A DNA stretch of 64,000 nucleotides from Thermoprotei archaeon (lineage in GTDB: Archaea; Thermoproteota; Thermoprotei; Thermoproteales; B15-G16): positions 32,001 through 96,000 of the forward strand of contig QMRC01000004.1 in the NCBI GenBank assembly GCA_003649205.1, in the 5' to 3' direction. The first letter of the stretch is position 1, and every line of letters begins with the position of its first letter. This document shows positions 37,792-47,766 of this stretch, piece by piece. The position numbers were made by a program, and so were the translations under genes. Below the pieces are notes generated by a model. It did no database searches. It worked only from the letters and a program-made list of their open reading frames with translations, and was not told the origin of the DNA.

Positions 37792-38613
37792 ATGTGTTGT
37801 GTGATGGTTGATGTTGTTTTGCTTACGAAGAATTCTCTATCTAGTGTTGGTGAGCGTATTCTGAAGCTTTGTTTACGTTCTCTGTACCTAAATGTTCCTG
37901 TTCATAGGTTAATTGTTGTTGATGGTGGATCTACTGATGGTACTGTTGAGTTCGTATCTAGGTACCCTAGGGTTGAGGTTGTCTATGACTACGGTACTAG
38001 GGCTACAGCTAGGTGCTTGGGTCTAAGGTTGTGTGATTGTGAGTACGTTCTTTTTCTTGACTGCGATGTGGTGTTGTGTAGGGATTGGTTTCGTAGAGCT
38101 TTTCGCTACTTCTCTAATTCTCGTGTTGGTGCTGTTGAGGGTTATCCACTACACATCGTTTCGAGTGGTGAGTATAGATTTGCTGTTGCTAGGTCTAGGT
38201 TCAGAGGTATTTTCCGTAGTGAGTTGGTAGAGGGTAAGAGGGCGTTTACAGGGGATACCCTGATTAGGAAGGTTGCTGTTGAGGGTATCTCTATTCCGAG
38301 CTATCTCCACGTATATGAGGATGAGTACATTAGGTGCTGGGTTGAGTCGAGAGGCTTCCTCTGGTTGAAGGTTCGTGACCCATATTGCTACCACTTTACA
38401 CAGTACTATCGACCCATAGATGGCTACTACTCAGGTTACGTACTAGCTAAGAGACGTGGGGTAAGTGCGATATCACTTTTAAGAAGTACTGTACTCGACA
38501 TACTACTCTCACCAGCAGCTCTTAGTCTAAGGGATATGAGTAGGATTCTACGGTACGATATTGAGAAGCTTCGTGGCGTTCTCTACGCTAAACTTAAAGA
38601 GCGTAGTAGCTAG
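37792..38613 (+). CDS. Glycosyltransferase family 2
   Basis: VVDGGSTDGT, FLDCD, YED. Confidence 0.88.
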   Translation: MCCVMVDVVLLTKNSLSSVGERILKLCLRSLYLNVPVHRLIVVDGGSTDGTVEFVSRYPRVEVVYDYGTRATARCLGLRLCDCEYVLFLDCDVVLCRDWFRRAFRYFSNSRVGAVEGYPLHIVSSGEYRFAVARSRFRGIFRSELVEGKRAFTGDTLIRKVAVEGISIPSYLHVYEDEYIRCWVESRGFLWLKVRDPYCYHFTQYYRPIDGYYSGYVLAKRRGVSAISLLRSTVLDILLSPAALSLRDMSRILRYDIEKLRGVLYAKLKERSS

Positions 38614-38622
38614 GTTCTCTCA

Positions 38623-38676
38623 GTGATGAGAAGAGGGTCAACAGATGAGGTAAGTGAAGAGAACTTACCAGACTGA
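38623..38676 (+). ncRNA. Box C/D sRNA, 23S helix 69/71 double guide
   Basis: GTGATGA-gaagagggtcaa-CAGA-tgaggtaa-GTGAAGA-gaacttaccaga-CTGA; complements UGACCCUCUU and GGUAAGUUC. Confidence 0.88.
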
Positions 38677-39840
38677 TTACAGCTCAGTAACCTCCATCTC
38701 TCGTACGAGAAGCTCAACCAAGTTCTCAATACCAAAGTCCTCAAGTACTTTACGATCCTTCTCCTTAGCGTGTGTAATGGGGTACTTAGGAACAAGCTTA
38801 CAAGCAATCACATCCCTAGCGGCTATATCGTAGACACCAATCCTACGTGCCAGTGCGCCAATCTCATTCTTATCCATAGCCACTACAGGTCTTATAACTG
38901 GCATTCGTATACTTGTAGATAGGAAGTAAAGGTTATCGAGGGTTTGTGAAGCTACTTGACCAATGCTCTCTCCGGTAACGATAGCTTTAGCTCTCTCACG
39001 TCTAGCTACTTCCTCAGCTACTCTATACATGAGTACCTTACACAGTAAGCACCTGTACCTACCTGCATTCGGTACTTTCTCATGTGCTCTACCCAGAGGA
39101 ACTACGTAGAGTCTCCACCTATCTTGAGGAACCCATTCACGCAACCACTGAAGCACTCTCCTCGCTCGCTCTCTAGCTTCTTCACTAGTGTATGGAGTGA
39201 GATCACAGTAGATAGGTATAACCTCACAACCTCTCTTCATGACTAACCACGTTGCAACTGCACTATCGACACCACCTGAAATCAATGACACAACCCTACC
39301 CTCAACACCATACGGTAAACCACCGGGCCCCTCATGGAAGTCCTTAAATACATAGGCATACCTATCCCTGATCTCGACATAAATCGTGACATCAGGTCTC
39401 TCTAGATCAACCTTAAGACCCTTAACGTAGCTGAGTACATCACTACCCAAGATCTTCTTCAACTCAAGACTAGTGTACGGAAACCTCTTATTAGCTCTAT
39501 TCACCTCAATAGCAAATCTCATACCAGGAGCTAAAACTGTCTGAGCTAACTTGATGACGGTATCACGTATGCTATCTAGAGACAGATCAGTTCTCACAGC
39601 GGGACTAACCGAAGTCACACCAAAACATCTACATGCAACCCTACAAACATCATCTACATGAGGTGTATAGATGATAATTCTCCCCCACTCACGATCTAGG
39701 ACAGTACTCCCAATACCACACCTCTTGAGCATATGCAGTAGGTTGTCAATTAGCTTATCTTCCATCCTCCTCCTAACTACAGGTGACTTAACTGCAATTT
39801 CACCAAATCTCACTAAAACAGTATCGAACCTAAGAGTCAC
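38677..39840 (-). CDS. thiI: tRNA 4-thiouridine synthase
   Basis: RFGEIAVKS, THUMP domain, SGGVDS PP-loop, CLLCK, GQVASQT. Confidence 0.93.
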   Translation of the reverse strand: MTLRFDTVLVRFGEIAVKSPVVRRRMEDKLIDNLLHMLKRCGIGSTVLDREWGRIIIYTPHVDDVCRVACRCFGVTSVSPAVRTDLSLDSIRDTVIKLAQTVLAPGMRFAIEVNRANKRFPYTSLELKKILGSDVLSYVKGLKVDLERPDVTIYVEIRDRYAYVFKDFHEGPGGLPYGVEGRVVSLISGGVDSAVATWLVMKRGCEVIPIYCDLTPYTSEEARERARRVLQWLREWVPQDRWRLYVVPLGRAHEKVPNAGRYRCLLCKVLMYRVAEEVARRERAKAIVTGESIGQVASQTLDNLYFLSTSIRMPVIRPVVAMDKNEIGALARRIGVYDIAARDVIACKLVPKYPITHAKEKDRKVLEDFGIENLVELLVREMEVTEL

Positions 39841-39877
39841 AGAAAAACACCATCCACGAACTTAGGTATTTTTCAAA

Positions 39878-40681
39878 TCACTTCCTACTCTGTAGATCCT
39901 CTATAATTACCTCAGCTACCTTCCTACCTGATAGCAGCATACCACCGAATATCGGCCCCATCCTAGGTAAGCCATATAGCGTCGCAACAGCCATACCAGT
40001 TACGTAGAGACCAGGACACACTCTACCAGTGTACTCTACAACGAGCTTCTCAGCAACAGGTACATTCATTGATGAAAAGCCTTTTAACTCTAGCCTTAGC
40101 TTTGGTAACTTCTTCTTCGCTATAGCAATTACCTCAGCATCGTGACCAGTAGCATCTACGACAGCACTTGATACTATACCAATTGGATCTACATGAAGAC
40201 CTGATAGCTGTACAGCAGACCACTGGGCAACAACACCACACACCTTAATCTCATCGCCCTCCTCCCTATACACGAGATCCTCAACAGATACACCGAGTAT
40301 GATCCTAGCTCCTGCATCTATAGCTGAAGCAGCTAGCTTAGCGATCATCTCAGCTGGATCAACTACGTAAACTCCATCCTCAACCTCACTCAATCTACAC
40401 CCAATCTCTCTCAAGATGCTGTCAGCAGGTGACTCAACAACGATCCTTGGGAACAGCATACCTCCCCCACCAATACCACCGCCAAAGCTTAATCTCCTCT
40501 CAAACACTACAGTCTTTAGACCAGCCTTAGCTAGGTACCTAGCAGCGGTCAATCCTGAAGGTCCTGCACCAACTATAACAACGTCAACATCACTACACTC
40601 ATAAAGAAGCTCTAGAGCTGACTTCAGTATGTGTCTAGTTACAGCTAACTCACTTACCTCCCTAATACTCATACCCAGCAC
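39878..40681 (-). CDS. thi4: Sulfide-dependent thiazole synthase
   Basis: [33 protein letters not shown]. Confidence 0.93.
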   Translation of the reverse strand: MLGMSIREVSELAVTRHILKSALELLYECSDVDVVIVGAGPSGLTAARYLAKAGLKTVVFERRLSFGGGIGGGGMLFPRIVVESPADSILREIGCRLSEVEDGVYVVDPAEMIAKLAASAIDAGARIILGVSVEDLVYREEGDEIKVCGVVAQWSAVQLSGLHVDPIGIVSSAVVDATGHDAEVIAIAKKKLPKLRLELKGFSSMNVPVAEKLVVEYTGRVCPGLYVTGMAVATLYGLPRMGPIFGGMLLSGRKVAEVIIEDLQSRK

Positions 40682-40752
40682 CTCTCGTAAAAATGTAGGG
40701 GAAACTTTATAAGTTTTCTACAAATTGTTGAGTAAGACGTGAGTGAGAAATC

Positions 40753-41304
40753 ATGCACAGAAAGCTAGTGCTAGATGACATCGATGAAGCACTAATCTCC
40801 GAACTCCAAAAAGATGGTAGACTGAGCCTTGTTGACCTTGGTCGTAGAGTTGGCCTTAGACACTCAAGCGTTAGATCCAGGTTAATTAAGTTAGTTAAGG
40901 AGAACCTCATAAAGGTAACAGCACTTCTCAACTACAAGAAGCTAGACCTCAAGCTAGCTCTTGTAGGTCTCTCTGTGAGAAATCTTGAGAAGAACATGAG
41001 TAAGCTACGTAATCTCTGCCAGTGTCATCACGTTGTTTACCTCTTTCAACTCGTTGGTGGCAAGTACAACGTACTTCTTCTCTTCGTGTACAGGAATGAG
41101 AGCAAGCTCAGAGCATTTATCGAGAAGAGAATTCGAACAATTCCTGATATTGATGATATAGAGGTTACTCTAGTTGATACAGCAGTACCGATATTCCTAC
41201 CAATTAGGTTGGGTGCACTAAAGGAAGCACCTATCTGTAGTCAGGAGTGCACTACCTGTGGTTTAAGAGAGGTTATCTGTACTGGCTGTGATGTAGGTAG
41301 GTGA
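40753..41304 (+). CDS. Lrp/AsnC regulator with C-terminal Cys cluster
   Basis: LDDIDEALISELQKDGR HTH; CSQECTTC...CTGC tail. Confidence 0.85.
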   Translation: MHRKLVLDDIDEALISELQKDGRLSLVDLGRRVGLRHSSVRSRLIKLVKENLIKVTALLNYKKLDLKLALVGLSVRNLEKNMSKLRNLCQCHHVVYLFQLVGGKYNVLLLFVYRNESKLRAFIEKRIRTIPDIDDIEVTLVDTAVPIFLPIRLGALKEAPICSQECTTCGLREVICTGCDVGR

Positions 41305-42032
41305 TTACCTTGTTACTTGAGCTACGTAGAGTAACCGTTAGTGTGGCAGGTAGGGTAGTACTCAAGGAGATTAACATGGAGATTGGTAGAAGGGAAGTTC
41401 ACGTACTGCTTGGTCCTAACGGTGCAGGTAAGTCAACTCTTCTGAAGGCTATCATGGGTTTACCTGATTATGATGTTGTTGAAGGGGAAATGTACTTTGA
41501 GGATGTAAATCTCCTCAATCTAAAACCCTATGAGAGAGCTAAGCTCGGTATTGCTCTATCCCATCAGAATCCTCCAAAGCTAAGTATACGAACAAGCTAC
41601 TTCTTCACTAAATTAATTGAGAAGTACGGTGGTAATTTCAAGGAGTTCATTGACTACTGCAGGAAGCTTAATATAGAGCACTTAATTGATAGAGAGCTCT
41701 TCAGGGGCTTTAGTGGTGGTGAGATTAAGAGAGTTGAGTTATTGACGGTGCTCAGTCAGAGACCTAAGTTAGCTCTTCTTGATGAACCAGATAGCGGAGT
41801 CGATATCGATAGTATTGTTCTCGTAGGTTCTCTAATAAACGACTTAGTTGATAGAGGAGCTAGCATCCTCCTCGTAACTCATACAGGTACCATACTCAAG
41901 TATCTCAGGAAAATCGATGTTGTTCACGTACTAATTGGTGGGAAGTTGATATACAGTGGTGATCCAGGTATACTACCTAAGCTCTTTGCTCTAGGTTATG
42001 AGAGGTTCCTCAATTACATAAGTACCTGCTAA
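41301..42032 (+). CDS. sufC: SufC-like Fe-S assembly ATPase
   Basis: GPNGAGKST, ERAKLGI, GFSGGEIKR, LDEPDSGVD. Confidence 0.85.
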   Translation: MITLLLELRRVTVSVAGRVVLKEINMEIGRREVHVLLGPNGAGKSTLLKAIMGLPDYDVVEGEMYFEDVNLLNLKPYERAKLGIALSHQNPPKLSIRTSYFFTKLIEKYGGNFKEFIDYCRKLNIEHLIDRELFRGFSGGEIKRVELLTVLSQRPKLALLDEPDSGVDIDSIVLVGSLINDLVDRGASILLVTHTGTILKYLRKIDVVHVLIGGKLIYSGDPGILPKLFALGYERFLNYISTC

Positions 42033-42199
42033 GTTCGTTGAAAGAGATGACCAAATGCGAGAACTAGCGAGCCCCCACAGGTACTGTACCTGTACAGCGA
42101 TCAATTATCAATCTAAAATGGTTAGTACGGTCATACCTAACTAGATCGTATCGGTACTAGATGATGTCTAATTCATTAGCTGTAGATGCGACAACTATC

Positions 42200-42775
42200 T
42201 TAGGAAACTTCACTTGCTCTGGAGGTACCTAGCTCGAGAATCTTCAGAAGCTCGTGGATACGCCTAGCAAGCTTCTCGAGATCTCTCATACCCTCAACAT
42301 CATTTAGGACCTCTCCACTCTCAAATGCGTATAGGCAGACCCCTCTGAAACCAACTATCATCTCGTGCTTTAGGAAGAATGAGATTACGGTGTTCACAGC
42401 TTGTTCATGTCCATACCTTCTACCTATAGCAACGACACCACCTACCTTATTCCTCAGCCTCCCTCTCAAACACCATGTCCTATCGATGAACGCTTTAAGG
42501 ATAGAGGGTACGCTATTGAAGTACACTGGAGTAGCTATGACTATCGCTTTAGTGCGAAGGAGGTAATCTACGAGGATCCTCATATCGTCCTCAATGATAC
42601 AGAACTCCTTCCTCAAACACTCTCTACATCCCCTACATGGCTGTATCCTGAAGCTCCTCAACATAACTGTAACAGGGTTCAGACCTAGTTCGCTAAACCT
42701 CTTCGTAAGGTATTCACATACGAGATCTGTATTCCCTCCAGGTCTAGGACTTGCACCTACTACGAGTACGTCCAT
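42200..42775 (-). CDS. Iron-sulfur flavoprotein (flavodoxin family)
   Basis: SPRPGGNT, CRGCREC-x5-C, TPVYF, KAFIDR. Confidence 0.88.
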   Translation of the reverse strand: MDVLVVGASPRPGGNTDLVCEYLTKRFSELGLNPVTVMLRSFRIQPCRGCRECLRKEFCIIEDDMRILVDYLLRTKAIVIATPVYFNSVPSILKAFIDRTWCLRGRLRNKVGGVVAIGRRYGHEQAVNTVISFFLKHEMIVGFRGVCLYAFESGEVLNDVEGMRDLEKLARRIHELLKILELGTSRASEVS

Positions 42776-43118
42776 AGCCTATCACCAGTAAGACATAGAT
42801 GTTACTTGGTGGAAACGTTTAACGGTTGAAGCTAAGCTCTTCTCAGCTAGGTGTAGTGTATGTAGAGCTTGCCACGCATGGAAAATGTATTATTGAGGGA
42901 TCACTTACGATGCTGATGAGAATTCACCTGTCTTCACTACGTAGCTATAGACTTGTTCAATACTGTTGTTGCATCGTATAGCTGTGCTCTATCGGATGGG
43001 TGGAGAGGATATTGTTGTTAGGCTTGAGAACTACATAAAGCTTTTAGAAGGAAAAGGGGTCTAGCTAAGTTTGTGAGTTTTTATTACTGGGCTCTCTAAT
43101 TCTAATTCCTTGATCTAG

Positions 43119-43169
43119 GTGATGAGCTAGGGGTGTAACCGATCTGGTGATGTGAGGTAGTCTCGCTGA
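43119..43169 (+). ncRNA. Box C/D sRNA
   Basis: GTGATGA-gctaggggtgtaa-CCGA-tctg-GTGATGT-gaggtagtctcg-CTGA. Confidence 0.82.
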
Positions 43170-43179
43170 GGTATTGACC

Positions 43180-44346
43180 ATGGGTAGGGTAGCTGTTGTA
43201 CACCATAGATTGCAGGCACGTGGTGGAGGTGAGTTCCTAGCTGTAGCAACAATAAATGCACTCAAGAAGGCAGGTCATGAAGTATGGTTAATCAGTAACG
43301 ATAGGTCTATCGATGAGGTAAATAGGTCTATTCAGGTAGCGTACGGTAGGAGTATTGAAGTTGATAGACATATCAAACCTCTCTACGGTCTCTTGAGCAG
43401 AGTGAAGAAGTTCTCACTATATCAGAGGATTCCTGTTCTCATAACAGCGAGAAACCTTCTTAAGAAAGGCCTTGTTGACCTAGTGATTAATGTTCATGGC
43501 GACATGGTACCCATATCCATGCCAGGTAAGTACATACTGTACTGTCACTACCCAACAATAGTTGCTATACACGAGAGTCCAAGGTATCGGAGATTCCCTC
43601 TAAACATCTACGTGAAACCGTACCTATACCTACTCAAGAAGTGGAAACCAAGAAATGAGGTGGTGCTCTGCAATTCGAACTTCAGTAAGAAGGTCATAAA
43701 GCAGATTTGGGGTATTGATGCTAAGGTACTTTACCCACCTGTTCCCATAGATGACTTCTCGAGAGCTAGCTCACGTACTGATAGAGAACCCCTAGTGTGT
43801 TCACTTGGGAGATTTACTCGTGAGAAGAGGTATGAGGTAGTAATCAAGGCCTTGCCTAAGGTGATTAGCGAGGTACCAGAAGCTAGGTTGGTGCTCATTG
43901 GATCGGCACAAGCTGTTGACTCTCGTAGGTACTTAGCTGAACTTCGTCACCTAGCTGAGAAACTTGGTGTCAGTAAATTTGTTGAGTTCAGAGTAGATGC
44001 TCCATTTCGCGAAGTAGTTGATTTACTGGGTAGGTCTATGGTGTATGTACACGCTATGGTGAATGAGCACTTCGGTATATCAATTGTCGAGGCTATGGCT
44101 GCTGGTTGTGTACCTGTTGTTCACGCATCTGGTGGTCCTTACGAGGATATTGTGGAGTACGGTAAGTGGGGTCTCTACTTCAGGAATGTTGATGAGTTGT
44201 CTGAACAGATTATCAAGCTCTTAACCAATAGAGATCTGTGGTTGAAGTATCACAATCTAGCTATAGAGCGTAGTAAGTGCTTCAGTGAAGAAAAGTTCAT
44301 GACCGCTATTGTCGAGATTTCTGAGCAGCTACTCTACGGGGCTTGA
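43180..44346 (+). CDS. Glycosyltransferase family 4 (ALG11-like)
   Basis: GGGE, YCHYP, LYPP, GRF..EK, EHFGISIVEAMAAG. Confidence 0.9.
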   Translation: MGRVAVVHHRLQARGGGEFLAVATINALKKAGHEVWLISNDRSIDEVNRSIQVAYGRSIEVDRHIKPLYGLLSRVKKFSLYQRIPVLITARNLLKKGLVDLVINVHGDMVPISMPGKYILYCHYPTIVAIHESPRYRRFPLNIYVKPYLYLLKKWKPRNEVVLCNSNFSKKVIKQIWGIDAKVLYPPVPIDDFSRASSRTDREPLVCSLGRFTREKRYEVVIKALPKVISEVPEARLVLIGSAQAVDSRRYLAELRHLAEKLGVSKFVEFRVDAPFREVVDLLGRSMVYVHAMVNEHFGISIVEAMAAGCVPVVHASGGPYEDIVEYGKWGLYFRNVDELSEQIIKLLTNRDLWLKYHNLAIERSKCFSEEKFMTAIVEISEQLLYGA

Positions 44347-45241
44347 GTAGTGTACTGGTTAGTAAGCTACATAATCTACGTTGAACTGTAGGGAAGGGAT
44401 CTAAGGTCTCAAGGACATAAGCTCCAAGAAGTTTACTAAGTCTAAGGTATTCTCTTCTAGCTAACTTGTAGTACCATAGAGGATGCTCCTTCCTCCTCTC
44501 GTATGATACCTCTGGAGGCACGTCGAATACGATGACTAGACTTGGCTTAGGAACTACGTAGTAGTATAGGTACTCTAGGAATTTTGGTACAGGGTAACCA
44601 AGGCACTTGAACCTAATGAAGTAGTCGTAGAAGTACCTATCAGCTATTACCCATCTACCTCTAAGGAAGTTGAGTATGAGCTTACTACATATGTAGAGTA
44701 CTAGGTCTACGTACTGAATGAATGGTCTTAATCTAGGTAATATGTGTCTCCTAATGTGTTGACGGAATTCAGGTGTATAGGTCATTACTTCACTTGGTCT
44801 TACCTCGACGACCTTACTCTTTAATTTTGAGAGTAGGGTTGTGAGTGGGTGTCTGAAGAAGTGTATGTGAATAGCGTCTATACCTAACTCCCTTAACCAT
44901 TTAGCTGTCTCAATAGCGTGTGTAGATTTTCCAGAACCATCACATCCTGTGAATACGATGAATCTCCATCTCCATATCTTCCTCAGGTACTCATCATTTA
45001 GCAAGATAGCAACGACAGCTAGTATGAGAGCGTATGCCATCTCTAGCAGTGGTATGGGTACTAGCAATGATATGCGAAAGGTATTTGCTCTATCTCTAGT
45101 CACATAGTAGAATACCGCTACTACCCCAGTGGCGATTACTAAGGTGACAATAGGTCCAAGTACTAGTCTCAGAAGTAGGTAAAGTGCGGTGAGTGTAAGT
45201 AGCAGTATCTTCATCTTCATGTAGCTCAACTCACTATACAC
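44306..45241 (-). CDS. Thymidylate-kinase-like P-loop kinase with N-terminal TM segments
   Basis: GCDGSGKST, ADRYFYD, FDVPPEVSYERR after about 85 hydrophobic residues. Confidence 0.75.
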   Translation of the reverse strand: MYSELSYMKMKILLLTLTALYLLLRLVLGPIVTLVIATGVVAVFYYVTRDRANTFRISLLVPIPLLEMAYALILAVVAILLNDEYLRKIWRWRFIVFTGCDGSGKSTHAIETAKWLRELGIDAIHIHFFRHPLTTLLSKLKSKVVEVRPSEVMTYTPEFRQHIRRHILPRLRPFIQYVDLVLYICSKLILNFLRGRWVIADRYFYDYFIRFKCLGYPVPKFLEYLYYYVVPKPSLVIVFDVPPEVSYERRKEHPLWYYKLARREYLRLSKLLGAYVLETLDPFPTVQRRLCSLLTSTLLKPRRVAAQKSRQ

Positions 45242-45352
45242 TACGACAGGTAACTAGCTAAATCAATTCCTCCAATCCTCACCTAACTCGAGCTACTTGG
45301 TACTGAAGTAAATGAAGAGTAAGAGCTAAAGTCACTGATTGAGTTTTACTAG

Positions 45353-46117
45353 GTGGGATTGTACTTGTCCCTACTTGAGTACCTTGGTGGTGCTGAGAGG
45401 ATTAAGAAGTACGAGGTGTATACTGAGCCAGAGCTAGAGTTTGTAGCTAAGTTCCTGAATACCTACAGGAGTACATACGTGATAGTTCTGTTTCTAGCAT
45501 GTGAGGTGAATTACGAAGGTAGAGCAAGGGCATCACTCTCCTATGGTGATAGGTTGCTGATAACCAAGCCAGATGGTACATTACTCATCCATGAGAATAG
45601 AAAGAGAGAACCAACTATATGGAACCCACCAGGTTCAACACTTTACGCTACGGTTGATAACAATATATTGGTGATCAAGAGTATACGTAGGAACCCACCA
45701 GAGACTGTAGTTGTTGAGTCACCCTGTGTGTACCTACTGCTTGGTGCTAGGTGTGTAGCGGGTGAGTTTAAGCTGTGGGGTTCTGAGAAGGATATGGTTG
45801 AGTACGTGTTTAGAAATCCATCTCTCATAGAGGAGGGGTTCAGACCACTTCACCGTGAGTTAAAGACCTTAGTTGGTGAGATAGATCTCGTAGGTGTGGA
45901 TGCGAGAGGTAATCTAGTTGTGCTAGAGTTCAAGAGGAGTACAGCAGGACCTGAAGCAGCACACCAACTTCAACGCTATGTTGAGTACATTAAGCACGAA
46001 CGTGGGGTAGAGAATGTGAGGGGTATTCTCGTTGCACCATCGATAACTCCTTCAGCATACAGACTACTGACTAAGTACGGTCTAGAGTACAGGAAATTGG
46101 AACCACCTAGGCACTAG
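45353..46117 (+). CDS. nucS: Endonuclease NucS/EndoMS
   Basis: YEGRA, KPDGTLLIH, WNPPG, IDLVG, EFKR, QLQRY. Confidence 0.92.
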   Translation: MGLYLSLLEYLGGAERIKKYEVYTEPELEFVAKFLNTYRSTYVIVLFLACEVNYEGRARASLSYGDRLLITKPDGTLLIHENRKREPTIWNPPGSTLYATVDNNILVIKSIRRNPPETVVVESPCVYLLLGARCVAGEFKLWGSEKDMVEYVFRNPSLIEEGFRPLHRELKTLVGEIDLVGVDARGNLVVLEFKRSTAGPEAAHQLQRYVEYIKHERGVENVRGILVAPSITPSAYRLLTKYGLEYRKLEPPRH

Positions 46118-46175
46118 CTAGCAAACCAGAGAAATCCTTATTTAATCAGTGATGTATCTGTGTGCGGTGCAGTAA

Positions 46176-47546
46176 ATGTCACAAGAGATATACGACGTAA
46201 TCATAGTTGGTGCTGGTCTCTCCGGTTGCTACTTAGGTAAGTTAGTTGCTGAGAAGGGGTTCAACGTACTAATTATTGAGAGGCTTTCACGTGAGAGAAT
46301 TGGGGATAAGGTCTGTGGTGATGGTATTGGTCTCCATCACTTCAAGAGATTAGGTATACCTGAACCTACAGGTCCTGAACTCTGTATGAAGATAACTAAG
46401 TCAAGGGTCTATGCACCAGATGAGAAGTCGTTTATAGATGTTGAGGGTGAGGGGTTCACAGTAAATCGCCTTTACCTTGGTCAGCGATTTCTGAGGGAAG
46501 CTGAGAAAGCGGGTGCTAAGTTACTCGATCAGCATCAAGCATATGCGCCGATTATTGAGGGTGACCAAGTAGTTGGCGTTAAGGTTCTCGACCTGAGAAC
46601 AGGTTCTAGACGTGAGTTCAGGTGTCGTGTACTCGTTGATGCTAGTGGTGTCATTCCTGCAATTAGGTTAAAGCTACCACGTGAATGGTGGGTTGCTGAG
46701 GTACCTCATAGAGAGGACTACTGTATAGCATACCGTGAAATACGTGAGCTAGATGTGGAAGTAGATGACCCCTCAACCATAAGGATATACCTCAGTAGTG
46801 TGATTGCTCCTGGTGGTTACTGGTGGTTCTTCCCTAAGGGTAAGAACGTAGCTAACATAGGTCTAGGTCTTCAGTGGAAGAGAGGTGCTCCTAATCCACT
46901 TCACCAATTCAGGAAGTATATTGAACCTAGATTTCCTGGAAGGGTAGTACATGGTGGTGGAGGAATAGTACCTACTAGGAGACCAATATGGTCATTTGTG
47001 TGGAATGGTTTTGTAGCTATTGGAGATGCTGCGTGTACAGCAAATCCAATTCACGGCGGTGGTATAGGTCCATCACTACTCTCGGCCTACTACGCAGCAG
47101 AAGCTATAGAGAAGGCTCTTGTTGAGAGACCATCAGTAGATGTCCTATGGATTCTCAATGTTAGGTACATGAAGGACTACGGTGCCAAGCAAGCGTCATT
47201 GGATTTGCTCAGGAAATTCCTTCAGAAGCTAAGTGATGAGGAGCTAAACTTCTTGATTAAGAGTGGCGTGGTTACAGGAGCTGAAGTCTACGGTATGAGT
47301 TCAACCGGTACACTTACCGTGACACTAGTTAGCAGGATAATAAGCATTGTACGAGCACTCAGGAAACCTAGCTTACTACTGAAGCTCAAGGTACTAGCTG
47401 ACTACATGAGTAAGGTAAGGGAGCTGTACCTTAGATTCCCACTATCACCACGAGAATTCCCCAAGTGGAAGAGCGAGGTAGAACACATACTACTTCAAGC
47501 ACACCATGACTTAGAACTTGAAACAGGCACCACACCACTAAGCTAA
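46176..47546 (+). CDS. Geranylgeranyl reductase family (DGGGPL reductase-like)
   Basis: GAGLSG, KVCGD, PGGYWWFFP, GDAA..NPIHGGG. Confidence 0.88.
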   Translation: MSQEIYDVIIVGAGLSGCYLGKLVAEKGFNVLIIERLSRERIGDKVCGDGIGLHHFKRLGIPEPTGPELCMKITKSRVYAPDEKSFIDVEGEGFTVNRLYLGQRFLREAEKAGAKLLDQHQAYAPIIEGDQVVGVKVLDLRTGSRREFRCRVLVDASGVIPAIRLKLPREWWVAEVPHREDYCIAYREIRELDVEVDDPSTIRIYLSSVIAPGGYWWFFPKGKNVANIGLGLQWKRGAPNPLHQFRKYIEPRFPGRVVHGGGGIVPTRRPIWSFVWNGFVAIGDAACTANPIHGGGIGPSLLSAYYAAEAIEKALVERPSVDVLWILNVRYMKDYGAKQASLDLLRKFLQKLSDEELNFLIKSGVVTGAEVYGMSSTGTLTVTLVSRIISIVRALRKPSLLLKLKVLADYMSKVRELYLRFPLSPREFPKWKSEVEHILLQAHHDLELETGTTPLS

Positions 47547-47598
47547 GTACACTCACGTAGCAAGGATTTTTTCTCACTCCTCTAAGTGAGTGTCTTGA

Positions 47599-47653
47599 GT
47601 GATGAAGGTGCCGCAGCCACCGAGCTTGTGAGGAGCAGGCGAGGGCTAACTGA
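47599..47653 (+). ncRNA. Box C/D sRNA
   Basis: GTGATGA-aggtgccgcagcca-CCGA-gctt-GTGAGGA-gcaggcgagggctaa-CTGA. Confidence 0.8.
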
Positions 47654-47698
47654 CAACTATAGCAACTCAACAGCTTGGAAGCAGCTTGCTTCACTCAA

Positions 47699-47748
47699 TC
47701 AGCAACGCGCACCGATCATCACTACTCAAGTGAGAGGAGGTTCATCAT
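47699..47748 (-). ncRNA. Box C/D sRNA, 16S guide
   Basis: ATGATGA-acctcctctcac-TTGA-gta-GTGATGA-tcggtgcgcgttg-CTGA; D' guide complements archaeal 16S GAGAGGAGGU. Confidence 0.88.
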
Positions 47749-47766
47749 CTTGAGAATACGCTACGG

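Noticed and set aside
42044-42190. GAGATGA and ATGATGT box C-like words after sufC
   Set aside because: No properly spaced D'/C'/D boxes.
45285-45338. CTGA-agtaa-ATGAAGA-guide-CTGA half C/D unit
   Set aside because: No recognisable box C upstream; at best a decayed sRNA.
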